Below, in pieces: positions 44,470-52,126 of a stretch of DNA of 64,000 nucleotides. This stretch comes from an uncultured Gemmatimonadales bacterium. GTDB lineage: Bacteria; Gemmatimonadota; Gemmatimonadetes; Gemmatimonadales; GWC2-71-9. A model generated the notes under the pieces. The model did no database searches, was not told the DNA's origin, and saw nothing but the letters and a program-made list of their open reading frames with translations. Both the position numbers and the translations under genes were made by a program. Location of the stretch: contig CAWEMJ010000007.1 in the NCBI GenBank assembly GCA_963810185.1, positions 836,190 through 900,189 on the forward strand, in the 5' to 3' direction. Numbering within the stretch: the first letter of the stretch is position 1; every line of letters starts with the position of its first letter.

Positions 44470-46050
44470 ATGCTCACCACATTGCTCGCGTCGATTGCGG
44501 TCGCGGCGTCCCTCGCCGATGGACCGCCCCCGCCGATCACCGTTTCGCTGAACGGCGGCGGTCAGTACAACCGCGGCGAGTATGCCCAGGCACAGTTCTC
44601 GGCCTACGCCGACGGGTACGTCCTCCTCCTCCAAGCCGACCAGAACGGGCGCATCCGCGTCTTGTTTCCTCTCGATCCAGGCGATGACAACTTCATCCGC
44701 GGCGGCAAGACCTACAAGGTTGTCGGCCGTGACAACCGCGGTTCGTTCTACCTCGATCAGGCCGGCGGCAGCGGGATGGTCTACGCCGCGTGGTCGAAGT
44801 CCCCGTTCCGGTTTACCAATTTCGTGCGCGGCGACCACTGGGACTACTCCGTGTTCGACCAGTACAGCGCCGCCGAAGATCCCGAAAGCCAGCTGACCGA
44901 CTTCGTTCTTCAGTTCACTGATCTCGGCTTCGACTACGCCATCGATCGGTACATTGTGTACTCCGTCTCCGAATACAGCTCTGAGGGACCCAGCACCTAC
45001 ATCGGGGTCAGCGGGTGGCCCTGGCCGACCTATTACACCGGTGGCTGGGGCATCGGTGTCACCTTCGGGTGGGGGTGGGGCTATCCCTACTACGGGTATG
45101 GCTACCCCTACTACGGATACGGCTATCCTGGCTACGGGTACGGCTATCCCGGCTACGGGTATGGCTATCCCGGCTACGGGTATGGCTATCCCGGCTACGG
45201 CTATGGCGGCTATCCGGCGTACGGCTACCCCGGCTACGGGTACGGCGCAGGTTACCCGGGGTACCGCCCTTACACCTTCAAGCCAGGCGGTACGGTCACG
45301 CCGGCAGGAAACCCGTACCGGCCGCGTGGTGATACCTTTGCGCCTCGGTCGTCGGTCTTCCAGTCCACCTATAGAGACCGTACCGGTTACGGCCTCACCG
45401 GCACCGGCCGATTGGCTGGAGACGCGGCCACGATCAGCGGACGGGCTGAGGCCGGCCGTCGGGCTGCCACGCGTCCCACTCCCCTCGTGGAGTCGAGCCG
45501 ACGCGGCGCGGCTGGAACCGGCCAACCTTCCGGCGGCACGATCGGCGGTACCCTCCGGCGCCCCACGGGTGCCGGCTCGACCGGAGCGGCCACGGGCTCC
45601 GGCATGGATGGGGTGCGGCGCTCGCTCTCTGGACAGGGCAATACCGCACCGCGCGCGCGGCCCGGAGTCAGCTCACAGGGCGGAACCTCCCGTGCGCGTG
45701 GCTGGGGTGCCGATGGCACCGCACGGCCCTCCGTGTCGGATCGCCCGAGAATCTCACCTACCCCTCCAGGTAGCGGCCGGAGTACCGGCCCCAGCTCGAA
45801 CGGCGCACCAGGGAGTCAGAGCGGGGGCGCCACCCCGGGGCGCCGTTCCTCCGGTTCCGGCGGCGGCCAGCCGAGTGCGCAACCCCAGGGCCGTTCGCCT
45901 GGCGGTTCGCCGGGAGCGCGAAGCGGGGGCGGTGGGAGCCCAAGTGGCGGCGGCGCCAGACCCAGCGGGGGCGGGGGTGGTGGCGGCGGTCGGGGAGGTG
46001 CCGCACCCTCGGGTGGTGGCGGTGGCGGTGGAGGACGGAGAGGTCGATAG
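44470..46050 (+). CDS. Secreted DUF4384-domain protein with a Gly/Tyr heptad-repeat region and an Arg/Gly/Ser-rich tail
   Basis: Signal peptide, then a DUF4384-like core (GYVLLLQADQNGRIRVLFPLDPGDDNFIRGGKTYKV). Next comes GWGWGYPYY-(GYGYP[GY]Y)n, then ~260 aa of S/G/R/P low complexity ending in poly-Gly (GGGGGGGRGG...GGGGGGGGRRGR). Confidence 0.7.
   Translation: MLTTLLASIAVAASLADGPPPPITVSLNGGGQYNRGEYAQAQFSAYADGYVLLLQADQNGRIRVLFPLDPGDDNFIRGGKTYKVVGRDNRGSFYLDQAGGSGMVYAAWSKSPFRFTNFVRGDHWDYSVFDQYSAAEDPESQLTDFVLQFTDLGFDYAIDRYIVYSVSEYSSEGPSTYIGVSGWPWPTYYTGGWGIGVTFGWGWGYPYYGYGYPYYGYGYPGYGYGYPGYGYGYPGYGYGYPGYGYGGYPAYGYPGYGYGAGYPGYRPYTFKPGGTVTPAGNPYRPRGDTFAPRSSVFQSTYRDRTGYGLTGTGRLAGDAATISGRAEAGRRAATRPTPLVESSRRGAAGTGQPSGGTIGGTLRRPTGAGSTGAATGSGMDGVRRSLSGQGNTAPRARPGVSSQGGTSRARGWGADGTARPSVSDRPRISPTPPGSGRSTGPSSNGAPGSQSGGATPGRRSSGSGGGQPSAQPQGRSPGGSPGARSGGGGSPSGGGARPSGGGGGGGGRGGAAPSGGGGGGGGRRGR
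45067..45269 (+). repeat. In-frame 21-bp tandem repeat (about 9 units; consensus GGGTATGGCTATCCCGGCTAC = GYGYPGY)
   Basis: Directly visible. Four near-identical central units span 45115-45198, and the flanking units are degenerate. Confidence 0.85.
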
Positions 46051-46056
46051 CATAAG

Positions 46057-46084
46057 GGCCCCCGGGAACCAGTCCCCGGGGGCC
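46057..46084 (+). terminator. GC-rich hairpin terminator after the DUF4384 gene
   Basis: GGCCCCCGGG (46057-46066), an 8-nt loop, CCCGGGGGCC (46075-46084), followed by TCTTGCTG. Confidence 0.6.
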
Positions 46085-46142
46085 TCTTGCTGCATACTGT
46101 ACCGATACCTAGGTTGGCTGGAAGGCCCTCAGGAGATCAACC

Positions 46143-46922
46143 ATGATCACCGCCAGCTTGATTGCCCTTTCGCTGCTTCAATCCGCAATCCCGGCTGCCT
46201 CTGTGACGGCACGCGCCGACCTGGGCTCCATGGTGTGGGAGTTGTTTGGTCCGGCCGAACCGGTACTCGCGCCGAGTTCGGTGGCTGCCGAGCCCGCTGA
46301 TATTCCGCTCCGCCAGACGGTGGACTATTGGACGGATGAAGGGGGCTGCGTCCGACCCACCGGATGGGCTGGACTCTGCCGCCACTATCCCGTGCACACC
46401 GCCAGTCCTGATGCACTTCTCGCGGTAGCGACCTCGGTCCCCCCATCTCGATTCGGCGACCCACTCCCGGCCTCATGGGCGGCCCTCGAGGCTGTCTCCT
46501 ACGGCTGCACATCCGGTGTGTGGTGTAGATGGGCAAGTTATTACAACCCCCTTAGCTGGGCAGGGAGTTACAACGGAAAAGAGTTTGGTGTCGGTTACTA
46601 TTGGTACTACCGCGATGAATCCATGGTTTTGCAGCTCCAACGGGAAATGGCCCGGGAGTTCGTCGAGACGAGTGCTGGGCTCAGGGCCGGCAAGGAGCTC
46701 GAGGCGCGAGGCCTCATCGGGGGTCAATCCCAGGGCTCGGGGTACGCCGGCGGTGGATCCAGCGGCTCGGGTTTCGCCGGCGGTGGATACAGTGGTTCGG
46801 GCAACTTCGGCGGCTCAGCCCCGAGCACTGCCTCAGCTGGAAGCGGTTATTCCAGCCCGTCATCGGGTGGGGGTCGTGGTGGATCCTCCGGGGGCGGAAA
46901 GCCGGGGGCCGACCTTCCCTGA
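46143..46922 (+). CDS. Secreted Cys/Trp/Tyr-rich protein with a Gly/Ser-rich tail
   Basis: Signal peptide MITASLIALSLLQSAIPAASVTARA and a ~170-aa domain with 4 Cys and many W/Y. The tail reads GGQSQGSGYAGGGSSGSGFAGGGYSGSGNFGG...GGGRGGSSGGGKPG. No family recognised. Confidence 0.55.
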   Translation: MITASLIALSLLQSAIPAASVTARADLGSMVWELFGPAEPVLAPSSVAAEPADIPLRQTVDYWTDEGGCVRPTGWAGLCRHYPVHTASPDALLAVATSVPPSRFGDPLPASWAALEAVSYGCTSGVWCRWASYYNPLSWAGSYNGKEFGVGYYWYYRDESMVLQLQREMAREFVETSAGLRAGKELEARGLIGGQSQGSGYAGGGSSGSGFAGGGYSGSGNFGGSAPSTASAGSGYSSPSSGGGRGGSSGGGKPGADLP

Positions 46923-46928
46923 GGCTTA

Positions 46929-47402
46929 CTACCCGGCGTGTCGCTGGGTGTAGTCCAATCCCCATTGCAAGAGGTCCGCACCGCGGAGCCCGATGCGCAT
47001 GGCCAGCGCCACGGCATCGTCCTCCGCCATCCCCTTGTCGAGCATGAAATAGGGGATCAGCGCCCCGCCCACCCGATTGCCGCTCCCGCAATGAAAGAAC
47101 ACCGGCGCCGCCGCAGGGTCCCGCACCACCGCCAGGATCTTCTCCATCGTGATGTCGTCGAGGGTTCCCCCGTTCACGGAGATGTTCACGTACTTGAGTC
47201 CGAGCGATGCCGCGAGGGCCGGCTCGTCGAAAGGCCGCGGCTCCATCGGGTCGCGAATGTCGAGCACCGTCACCGCGCCTGCGGCGCCCGCAGCGCGGAA
47301 CTGCGCTTCGCTCGGCTGGCCGCCGGTCACCAACCCAGGCAGCGGACAACAGGCGTTCGCGATGCCGGCGACGGCGGCGAGGAGGGCGTCGTCCGGCTTC
47401 AC
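46929..47402 (-). CDS. DUF442 / Cys-based phosphatase-like (or sulfur-transfer) protein
   Basis: CX5R P-loop HCGSGNRVG. GTG 47402 overlaps the stop of the upstream DUF190 gene (GTGA), so the 196-aa track ORF is probably too long. Confidence 0.65.
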   Translation of the reverse strand: MKPDDALLAAVAGIANACCPLPGLVTGGQPSEAQFRAAGAAGAVTVLDIRDPMEPRPFDEPALAASLGLKYVNISVNGGTLDDITMEKILAVVRDPAAAPVFFHCGSGNRVGGALIPYFMLDKGMAEDDAVALAMRIGLRGADLLQWGLDYTQRHAG

Positions 47403-47740
47403 GTGGAATGGCTTCGATAGGCGATTACCCGCACCCGTTCCAGCGTGATCAACCCGCCACCCATCATCGCGTCGATGTCGGGGAGGACTGCTTGGATCTT
47501 GTCCTCTGCGTCCACGCATTCCACCACGATTGGCAGGTCGAGCGAAAGTCGGAGGACGGAGTCGGTGTGGAGCCGTGCCGTGGCGCCAAAGCCCATGATG
47601 GCCCGGGTGACCGTCGCGCCCGCCAGGCCCCTGGCGCGGAGGAGTTCCACGATGGCCGCATGGAGCGACTTACCCGCGTGCTTGTCGCGCTCGCCGATAT
47701 GGATTCGCATCAGGGTGCCTTCGCCGGTCAAGCCGTGCAT
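47399..47740 (-). CDS. DUF190 protein (PII-like fold, commonly linked to crcB)
   Basis: GEGTLMRIHIGERDKHAGKSLHAAIVELLRARGLAGATVTRAIMGFG is the typical DUF190 signature. It lies directly downstream of crcB. Confidence 0.8.
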   Translation of the reverse strand: MHGLTGEGTLMRIHIGERDKHAGKSLHAAIVELLRARGLAGATVTRAIMGFGATARLHTDSVLRLSLDLPIVVECVDAEDKIQAVLPDIDAMMGGGLITLERVRVIAYRSHST

Positions 47741-47750
47741 GCCGGGCCTC

Positions 47751-48140
47751 CTAGAGCGAGCGCCTGAGGGTGAGTACCTGTCCCGCCACCGCGGCCCCCA
47801 TCAGCACCGCCGCGATGGTCAGCAGCAGGCTCAGGCCGGCGTACAAGGCCAGGCGCGACCATTCACCGCGCTCGAGCATTGCGGCGCTTTCGTAGCTGAA
47901 CGTGGAAAAAGTGGTGAATCCCCCACACAATCCGATGGTGAGGAAGGCGCGAATCTCGGCACTGACCGCCTGGGTCTCGAGAGCGTAGCGGACGATGAAC
48001 CCGAGGAGGAGCGATCCGAGGACATTGACGGCGAGCGTGCCGAGGGGGAACTCTCCCGGCGCCCACCGCTGGACCAGGCCCCCAAGCGAGTACCGGGCGG
48101 CCCCGCCGAGCGCGCTGCCGAACGCGATCCAGTAGATCAT
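47751..48140 (-). CDS. crcB: Fluoride ion channel CrcB/FluC
   Basis: 129 aa with four TM helices. Signatures GGAARY and GLCGGFTTFSTFSYE. Confidence 0.9.
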   Translation of the reverse strand: MIYWIAFGSALGGAARYSLGGLVQRWAPGEFPLGTLAVNVLGSLLLGFIVRYALETQAVSAEIRAFLTIGLCGGFTTFSTFSYESAAMLERGEWSRLALYAGLSLLLTIAAVLMGAAVAGQVLTLRRSL

Positions 48141-48157
48141 TCCATTAGATTACCCGC

Positions 48158-49921
48158 ATGCTTCGCCTCGCGATAGTGCAGTTTCGGCCCCGCAAGGGTG
48201 CCTACGCCGAGAACCTCGCGCAACTCGAGGCGTGCTTCAGGGAAGCGGGCGCGCTCCCCGATCCGCCCGACCTCCTCCTCCTCCCCGAGACCGCGCTCAG
48301 CGGGTATTTCCTCGAGGGAGGAGTGCGCGAGCAGGCGCGGACCGCGGAGCAGGTCGCGGAAGACGTGGCCGCGGCCCATCGCGCCTCGGGCGCTCCCCCA
48401 GTAGACCTCGCGCTCGGCTTCTACGAGCTCTGGCGGAACTGCCACTACAACAGCTGCCTCTACCTGTCGCTCGGCGCCGGGGCGCCGGTCATCCGGCACG
48501 TGCATCGCAAGGTCTTCCTGCCGACCTACGGGGTCTTCGACGAGGAACGATTCGTCGAGGCGGGCGCGGAGGTCCGGGCCTTCGACACCGCGTGGGGGCG
48601 GGCGGCCATGCTGGTGTGCGAGGACGCCTGGCACTCACTCATGCCCACCCTGGCCGCGCTCGACGGCGCGCAGGTGCTCCTGGTGGTCAGCGCCACGCCG
48701 GCGCGTGGGCTCGACAGCCCCGAAGCACCGGCCAACCTGGAGCGATGGGAACGCCTCGCCGCCGATTCCGCCTCGGAACACGGCATGTACGTGGCGGTCG
48801 CCCAGTTGGTGGGTTTCGAGGGCGGGAAGGCGTTTGCTGGCGGATCGGTCGTGGCCGGACCGTCGGGGCGAATCCTGGCGAAGGGTCCGCTGTTCGAGTC
48901 GGGGATTACCCGGGTCGATCTCGACTTCGAGGAGATCACCCGGGTGCGCGCCGACCAACCCCTGCTGGCCGACCTGCGGAACCGCCTCCCCCGGCTCATG
49001 GCGGAGCTGAACCGTGCCCCGGGCGCGCCCTCCGCGAGCTCGACCTGGGAGGGGCGCGCTGCCGGCCGGGTCCGGCAGGGAGCGGTCGTCGCCCCCCCCG
49101 CGTCGGACCCGCTCGTCATCAACGCCGAATTGGCGCGCCGCTGGCTGGTGGAGTTCATCCGGGACGAAGTGCAGCGGCGGCGCGGGTTCGACGGCGTGGT
49201 GCTGGGGTTGTCTGGTGGTGTGGACAGTGCGCTGGTGGCCTATCTGGCCGCCGAGGCGCTGGGCAAGGAGAACGTGACAGCGGTGCGGATGCCTTACCGG
49301 ACGTCGAGCCCGGAGAGTCTGTCGCACGCGCAGCTGGTGATCGACGCCCTGGGCCTCCCGAGCCGCACGGTGGACATCTCCGCCGGGGTGGACGGGATTG
49401 CCGCGGCCATCGGCGAGCCGCCGTCGCCCGCCGCCCTCGGCAACATCATGGCGCGGATGCGGATGATCACGCTGTTCGACTTGTCCTCGCGGCTCCGTGC
49501 TTTGCCGATCGGCACCGGCAACAAGACGGAGCGGCTCTTCGGATATTTCACCTGGCACGCCGACGATTCGCCGCCGGTCAATCCGATCGGCGATCTCTTC
49601 AAGACCCAGGTGTGGGCGCTGGCCCGCCACGTCGGGGTGCCGGGTGTCATCGTGGACAAGCCGGCGAGCGCCGACCTGGTGCAGGGCCAGACCGACGAAA
49701 CCGATTTCGGCATTGCCTACGCGCGCGCCGACGGGATACTGCATTGGCTGCTCTCGGGGTATCGCCCCGAGCAGGTGGCGGCGCTGGGCTACAGCGCCGC
49801 CGAGGTTGAACTGGTGCGCGCCCGGCTGGACGGCACCCACTGGAAGCGTCGCCTCCCGACGGTGGCAATGCTGAGTCAGACGGCCATCGGGGAGTACTAC
49901 CTCCGCCCCGTGGATTACTGA
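48158..49921 (+). CDS. nadE: Glutamine-dependent NAD+ synthetase
   Basis: N-terminal CN-hydrolase domain (LLLLPETALSGY, catalytic Cys in MLVCEDAWH) plus a C-terminal PP-loop synthetase domain (GLSGGVDSA). Confidence 0.9.
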   Translation: MLRLAIVQFRPRKGAYAENLAQLEACFREAGALPDPPDLLLLPETALSGYFLEGGVREQARTAEQVAEDVAAAHRASGAPPVDLALGFYELWRNCHYNSCLYLSLGAGAPVIRHVHRKVFLPTYGVFDEERFVEAGAEVRAFDTAWGRAAMLVCEDAWHSLMPTLAALDGAQVLLVVSATPARGLDSPEAPANLERWERLAADSASEHGMYVAVAQLVGFEGGKAFAGGSVVAGPSGRILAKGPLFESGITRVDLDFEEITRVRADQPLLADLRNRLPRLMAELNRAPGAPSASSTWEGRAAGRVRQGAVVAPPASDPLVINAELARRWLVEFIRDEVQRRRGFDGVVLGLSGGVDSALVAYLAAEALGKENVTAVRMPYRTSSPESLSHAQLVIDALGLPSRTVDISAGVDGIAAAIGEPPSPAALGNIMARMRMITLFDLSSRLRALPIGTGNKTERLFGYFTWHADDSPPVNPIGDLFKTQVWALARHVGVPGVIVDKPASADLVQGQTDETDFGIAYARADGILHWLLSGYRPEQVAALGYSAAEVELVRARLDGTHWKRRLPTVAMLSQTAIGEYYLRPVDY

Positions 49922-49932
49922 GGAAGAGTCGC

Positions 49933-50397
49933 ATGCTGCCTGAATCGCGCCCGATGTCGTACTCGCGCTCGGAGCTGACCAAGCTCATCATGCCGCACAT
50001 GCAGAACGTGCTGGGCAATCTGTTCGGAGGCGAGCTGATGTCGATGGTCGACCAGGCCGCGGCCGTCGCGGCGATTCGGCATGCCGGCGGGCCGGTGGTG
50101 ACGGCCGTCATCGATCGGGTCGAGTTCCGCGAGCCGATTCCCATCGGGGCCCTCGTGACCTGCTGCGGCACGGTGGATTTTGTCGGCAACAGCTCGATGG
50201 ACATCACCGTCGACGTCTATTCCGAGAAGGTGAGCACCGGCGAACGCCGGCATACCAACACCGCGCATGTCATCTTCGTGGCCATCGATGCCGACGGGAA
50301 GCCGACGCGGGTGCCGCGGCTGGTGGCGGAGACGCCCGAGGAGAAAGCGCGCTACGAGGCCGCCCGGAAGCATCGCGAAAGCGTGCGGCGTCAGTGA
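49933..50397 (+). CDS. Hotdog-fold acyl-CoA thioesterase (YciA-like)
   Basis: MPHMQNVLGNLFGGELMSMVDQAA...F.EPI..G..V is typical of the family. Confidence 0.85.
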   Translation: MLPESRPMSYSRSELTKLIMPHMQNVLGNLFGGELMSMVDQAAAVAAIRHAGGPVVTAVIDRVEFREPIPIGALVTCCGTVDFVGNSSMDITVDVYSEKVSTGERRHTNTAHVIFVAIDADGKPTRVPRLVAETPEEKARYEAARKHRESVRRQ

Positions 50398-51233
50398 CGT
50401 TCACGCGGGTGACGGCGGTGTTCGGCGGCGGCGGCGCGAAGGCCGCCGCGCAGATCGGGGCGTTGCGGGCGCTGGAGGAGGCGGGCCTCCGCCCGACGCG
50501 GTACGTGGGAACCTCGATGGGTGGCGTGATCGCGGCGGGCGCCGCCTCCGGCGCTTCGGCCGACGAACTGTCACGGCGCTTTCGCGCGGTCAAGGTGCGT
50601 GAGGTCGCGCGGCCGCGGGCGTTCACGCCAATCGCCGGGCTCTGGTTTCCCTCCTTGCTTCGTCCCGAACCGCTTCGGGAGACGATCGGCCGGCTGGTGC
50701 CCGAGCGCGAATTTGCCGAGTTGGCCGTCCCGCTCACCCTCACCGCGGTGGACGTGGACACCCGCGAGCTCCTGACCCTGGGCGACGGCGGGCTGCAGAT
50801 GCCGCTCCTCGATGCTCTGGCGGCCACGACGGCGCTGCCGGTGTACTATCCGCCCGCCGAGGTCGGTGGGCGGCGGCTGGCGGACGGCGGGCTCCGCGCG
50901 GTGTTGCCGCTCGACATCGCGGCCGGCTTCCCGGCCGACCTGGTTGTGGCGGTGGACGTGGGGCCCGGCTTCGACGAGCCCGCTCCGAAGCGGAAGCTGC
51001 GCGGGCCTGGGCTCCTGCTGGCCCACGACACCTGCGAGGGTGCACTGATGGCCCAGCAGGCGGCGGACACCCTGGCCCGGTGGCGGAGCACGCCGGGTCG
51101 ATGCCGGTTGATCCACGTACGCCCGCCGCTCCCACGCAGCGCGACGTTTGCCGCCGAGCTCTTCGCCGAATTCGAGCGGGCCGGGTACGACACCACGCGC
51201 GCCGCCCTCGCCGAGGAACAGCGTCATGCCTGA
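50394..51233 (+). CDS. Patatin-like phospholipase (second copy in the window)
   Basis: FGGGGAKAAAQIGAL, nucleophile elbow GTSMGG and catalytic Asp LADGGL. The start overlaps the thioesterase stop. Confidence 0.8.
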   Translation: MTFTRVTAVFGGGGAKAAAQIGALRALEEAGLRPTRYVGTSMGGVIAAGAASGASADELSRRFRAVKVREVARPRAFTPIAGLWFPSLLRPEPLRETIGRLVPEREFAELAVPLTLTAVDVDTRELLTLGDGGLQMPLLDALAATTALPVYYPPAEVGGRRLADGGLRAVLPLDIAAGFPADLVVAVDVGPGFDEPAPKRKLRGPGLLLAHDTCEGALMAQQAADTLARWRSTPGRCRLIHVRPPLPRSATFAAELFAEFERAGYDTTRAALAEEQRHA

Positions 51234-51666
51234 TGCGCCACGCCTGTTTACCGTGGATGAGGCCAACCGGGTCCTCCCGCTGGTCCGGCCGATCGTGCGC
51301 GACTTGCTGGCGGAGCATGCCGCCTGGCGCGGGGCGGTCGAGCGCTTCGAACTGGCCGTCGCGACCGACGCCGGCGAGCCGGGTTCCGAACCGCACATCG
51401 AGCCGCCGGCGGTCCTCGAAGCCCGGATGGCGGCCGAAGGGCACGCGCTCCGGATCACGGAGCTTCTGGGCGAACTGGCCGACCTCGGATGCCTGTTCAA
51501 GGGATTCGACGGCGGCCTGGTGGACTTCCTCTCGCTGCGCGAGGACCATCCTGTGTATCTCTGCTGGCGGCACGGCGAGGACAGCGTGTCGCACTGGCAC
51601 GACATCGATGGCGGCTTCGGTGGCCGTCATCCGATCGACGCTCACCTCTTCTCGGAAACGACCTGA
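51226..51666 (+). CDS. DUF2203-family protein
   Basis: Internal ATG 51226 (MPDAPRLFTVDEANRVLPLVRPIV...) overlaps the patatin stop by 8 nt. The LCWRHGEDSVSHWH motif is typical of DUF2203. Confidence 0.65.
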   Translation: MPDAPRLFTVDEANRVLPLVRPIVRDLLAEHAAWRGAVERFELAVATDAGEPGSEPHIEPPAVLEARMAAEGHALRITELLGELADLGCLFKGFDGGLVDFLSLREDHPVYLCWRHGEDSVSHWHDIDGGFGGRHPIDAHLFSETT

Positions 51667-51667
51667 C

Positions 51668-52126
51668 ATGCGACTCTGGCTCTTCTTGCACTTCTTTGGG
51701 CAGGTGATCTGGCTCGGCGCCGGCCTTGGCTCCATGGTCTACGGGATTGTCGGCAAGAAGGAACCGGGACCGGTGCTCGCGGCCATCGCCCGCGGGCAGG
51801 TGGCGGTGCATAAACTGCTCATCGGGCCCGGCGCGTTCCTCATGATCCTGTCGGGCGTCATGCTCTCGCTGCAGATGTACGGGTCCGCCATGAGCGGCAT
51901 GGCGCCGACCGTCTGGATGATGGTGATGCAGGGCGCAGGGCTGCTCGGTGCGCTGATCGTGCTCGCCTTCGGCATGCCGACGATCGCGCGGCTGGGTCGT
52001 GTGTCGCCGGAAGGGCAGACCGCCCCGCTGTACCAGGCCATCCGGCGCCGGCATGTGGCCATCTCGATCGTTTCCGGCACGCTGGGGCTGCTGGCGCTGG
52101 CGGCGGCGAGTTTTCCGCTCCGCTGA
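51668..52126 (+). CDS. Small integral membrane protein (DUF2269-like, 4 TM)
   Basis: ATG 51668 is in frame with the C-terminal part of ORF 51080..52126 (MRLWLFLHFFGQVIWLGAGLG...). It lies 1 nt after the DUF2203 stop. Confidence 0.55.
   Translation: MRLWLFLHFFGQVIWLGAGLGSMVYGIVGKKEPGPVLAAIARGQVAVHKLLIGPGAFLMILSGVMLSLQMYGSAMSGMAPTVWMMVMQGAGLLGALIVLAFGMPTIARLGRVSPEGQTAPLYQAIRRRHVAISIVSGTLGLLALAAASFPLR

Noticed and set aside
43885-45525. N-terminal 547 codons of the 1424-aa minus-strand ORF 41251..45525
   Set aside because: This part is antisense to the SnoaL-like and DUF4384 genes. Its sequence is low-complexity shadow (IAIPVAGIAIPVAG... mirrors the GY repeat). A credible signal-peptide start for the glycosidase-like protein exists at 43884.
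48141-48260. Fluoride (crcB-motif) riboswitch upstream of crcB
   Set aside because: The intergenic space is only 17 nt. The reverse complement of the nadE 5' region shows only GGCGUAGG and AAACUGC fragments and lacks the conserved 3' half of the motif. A covariance-model scan is needed for certainty.
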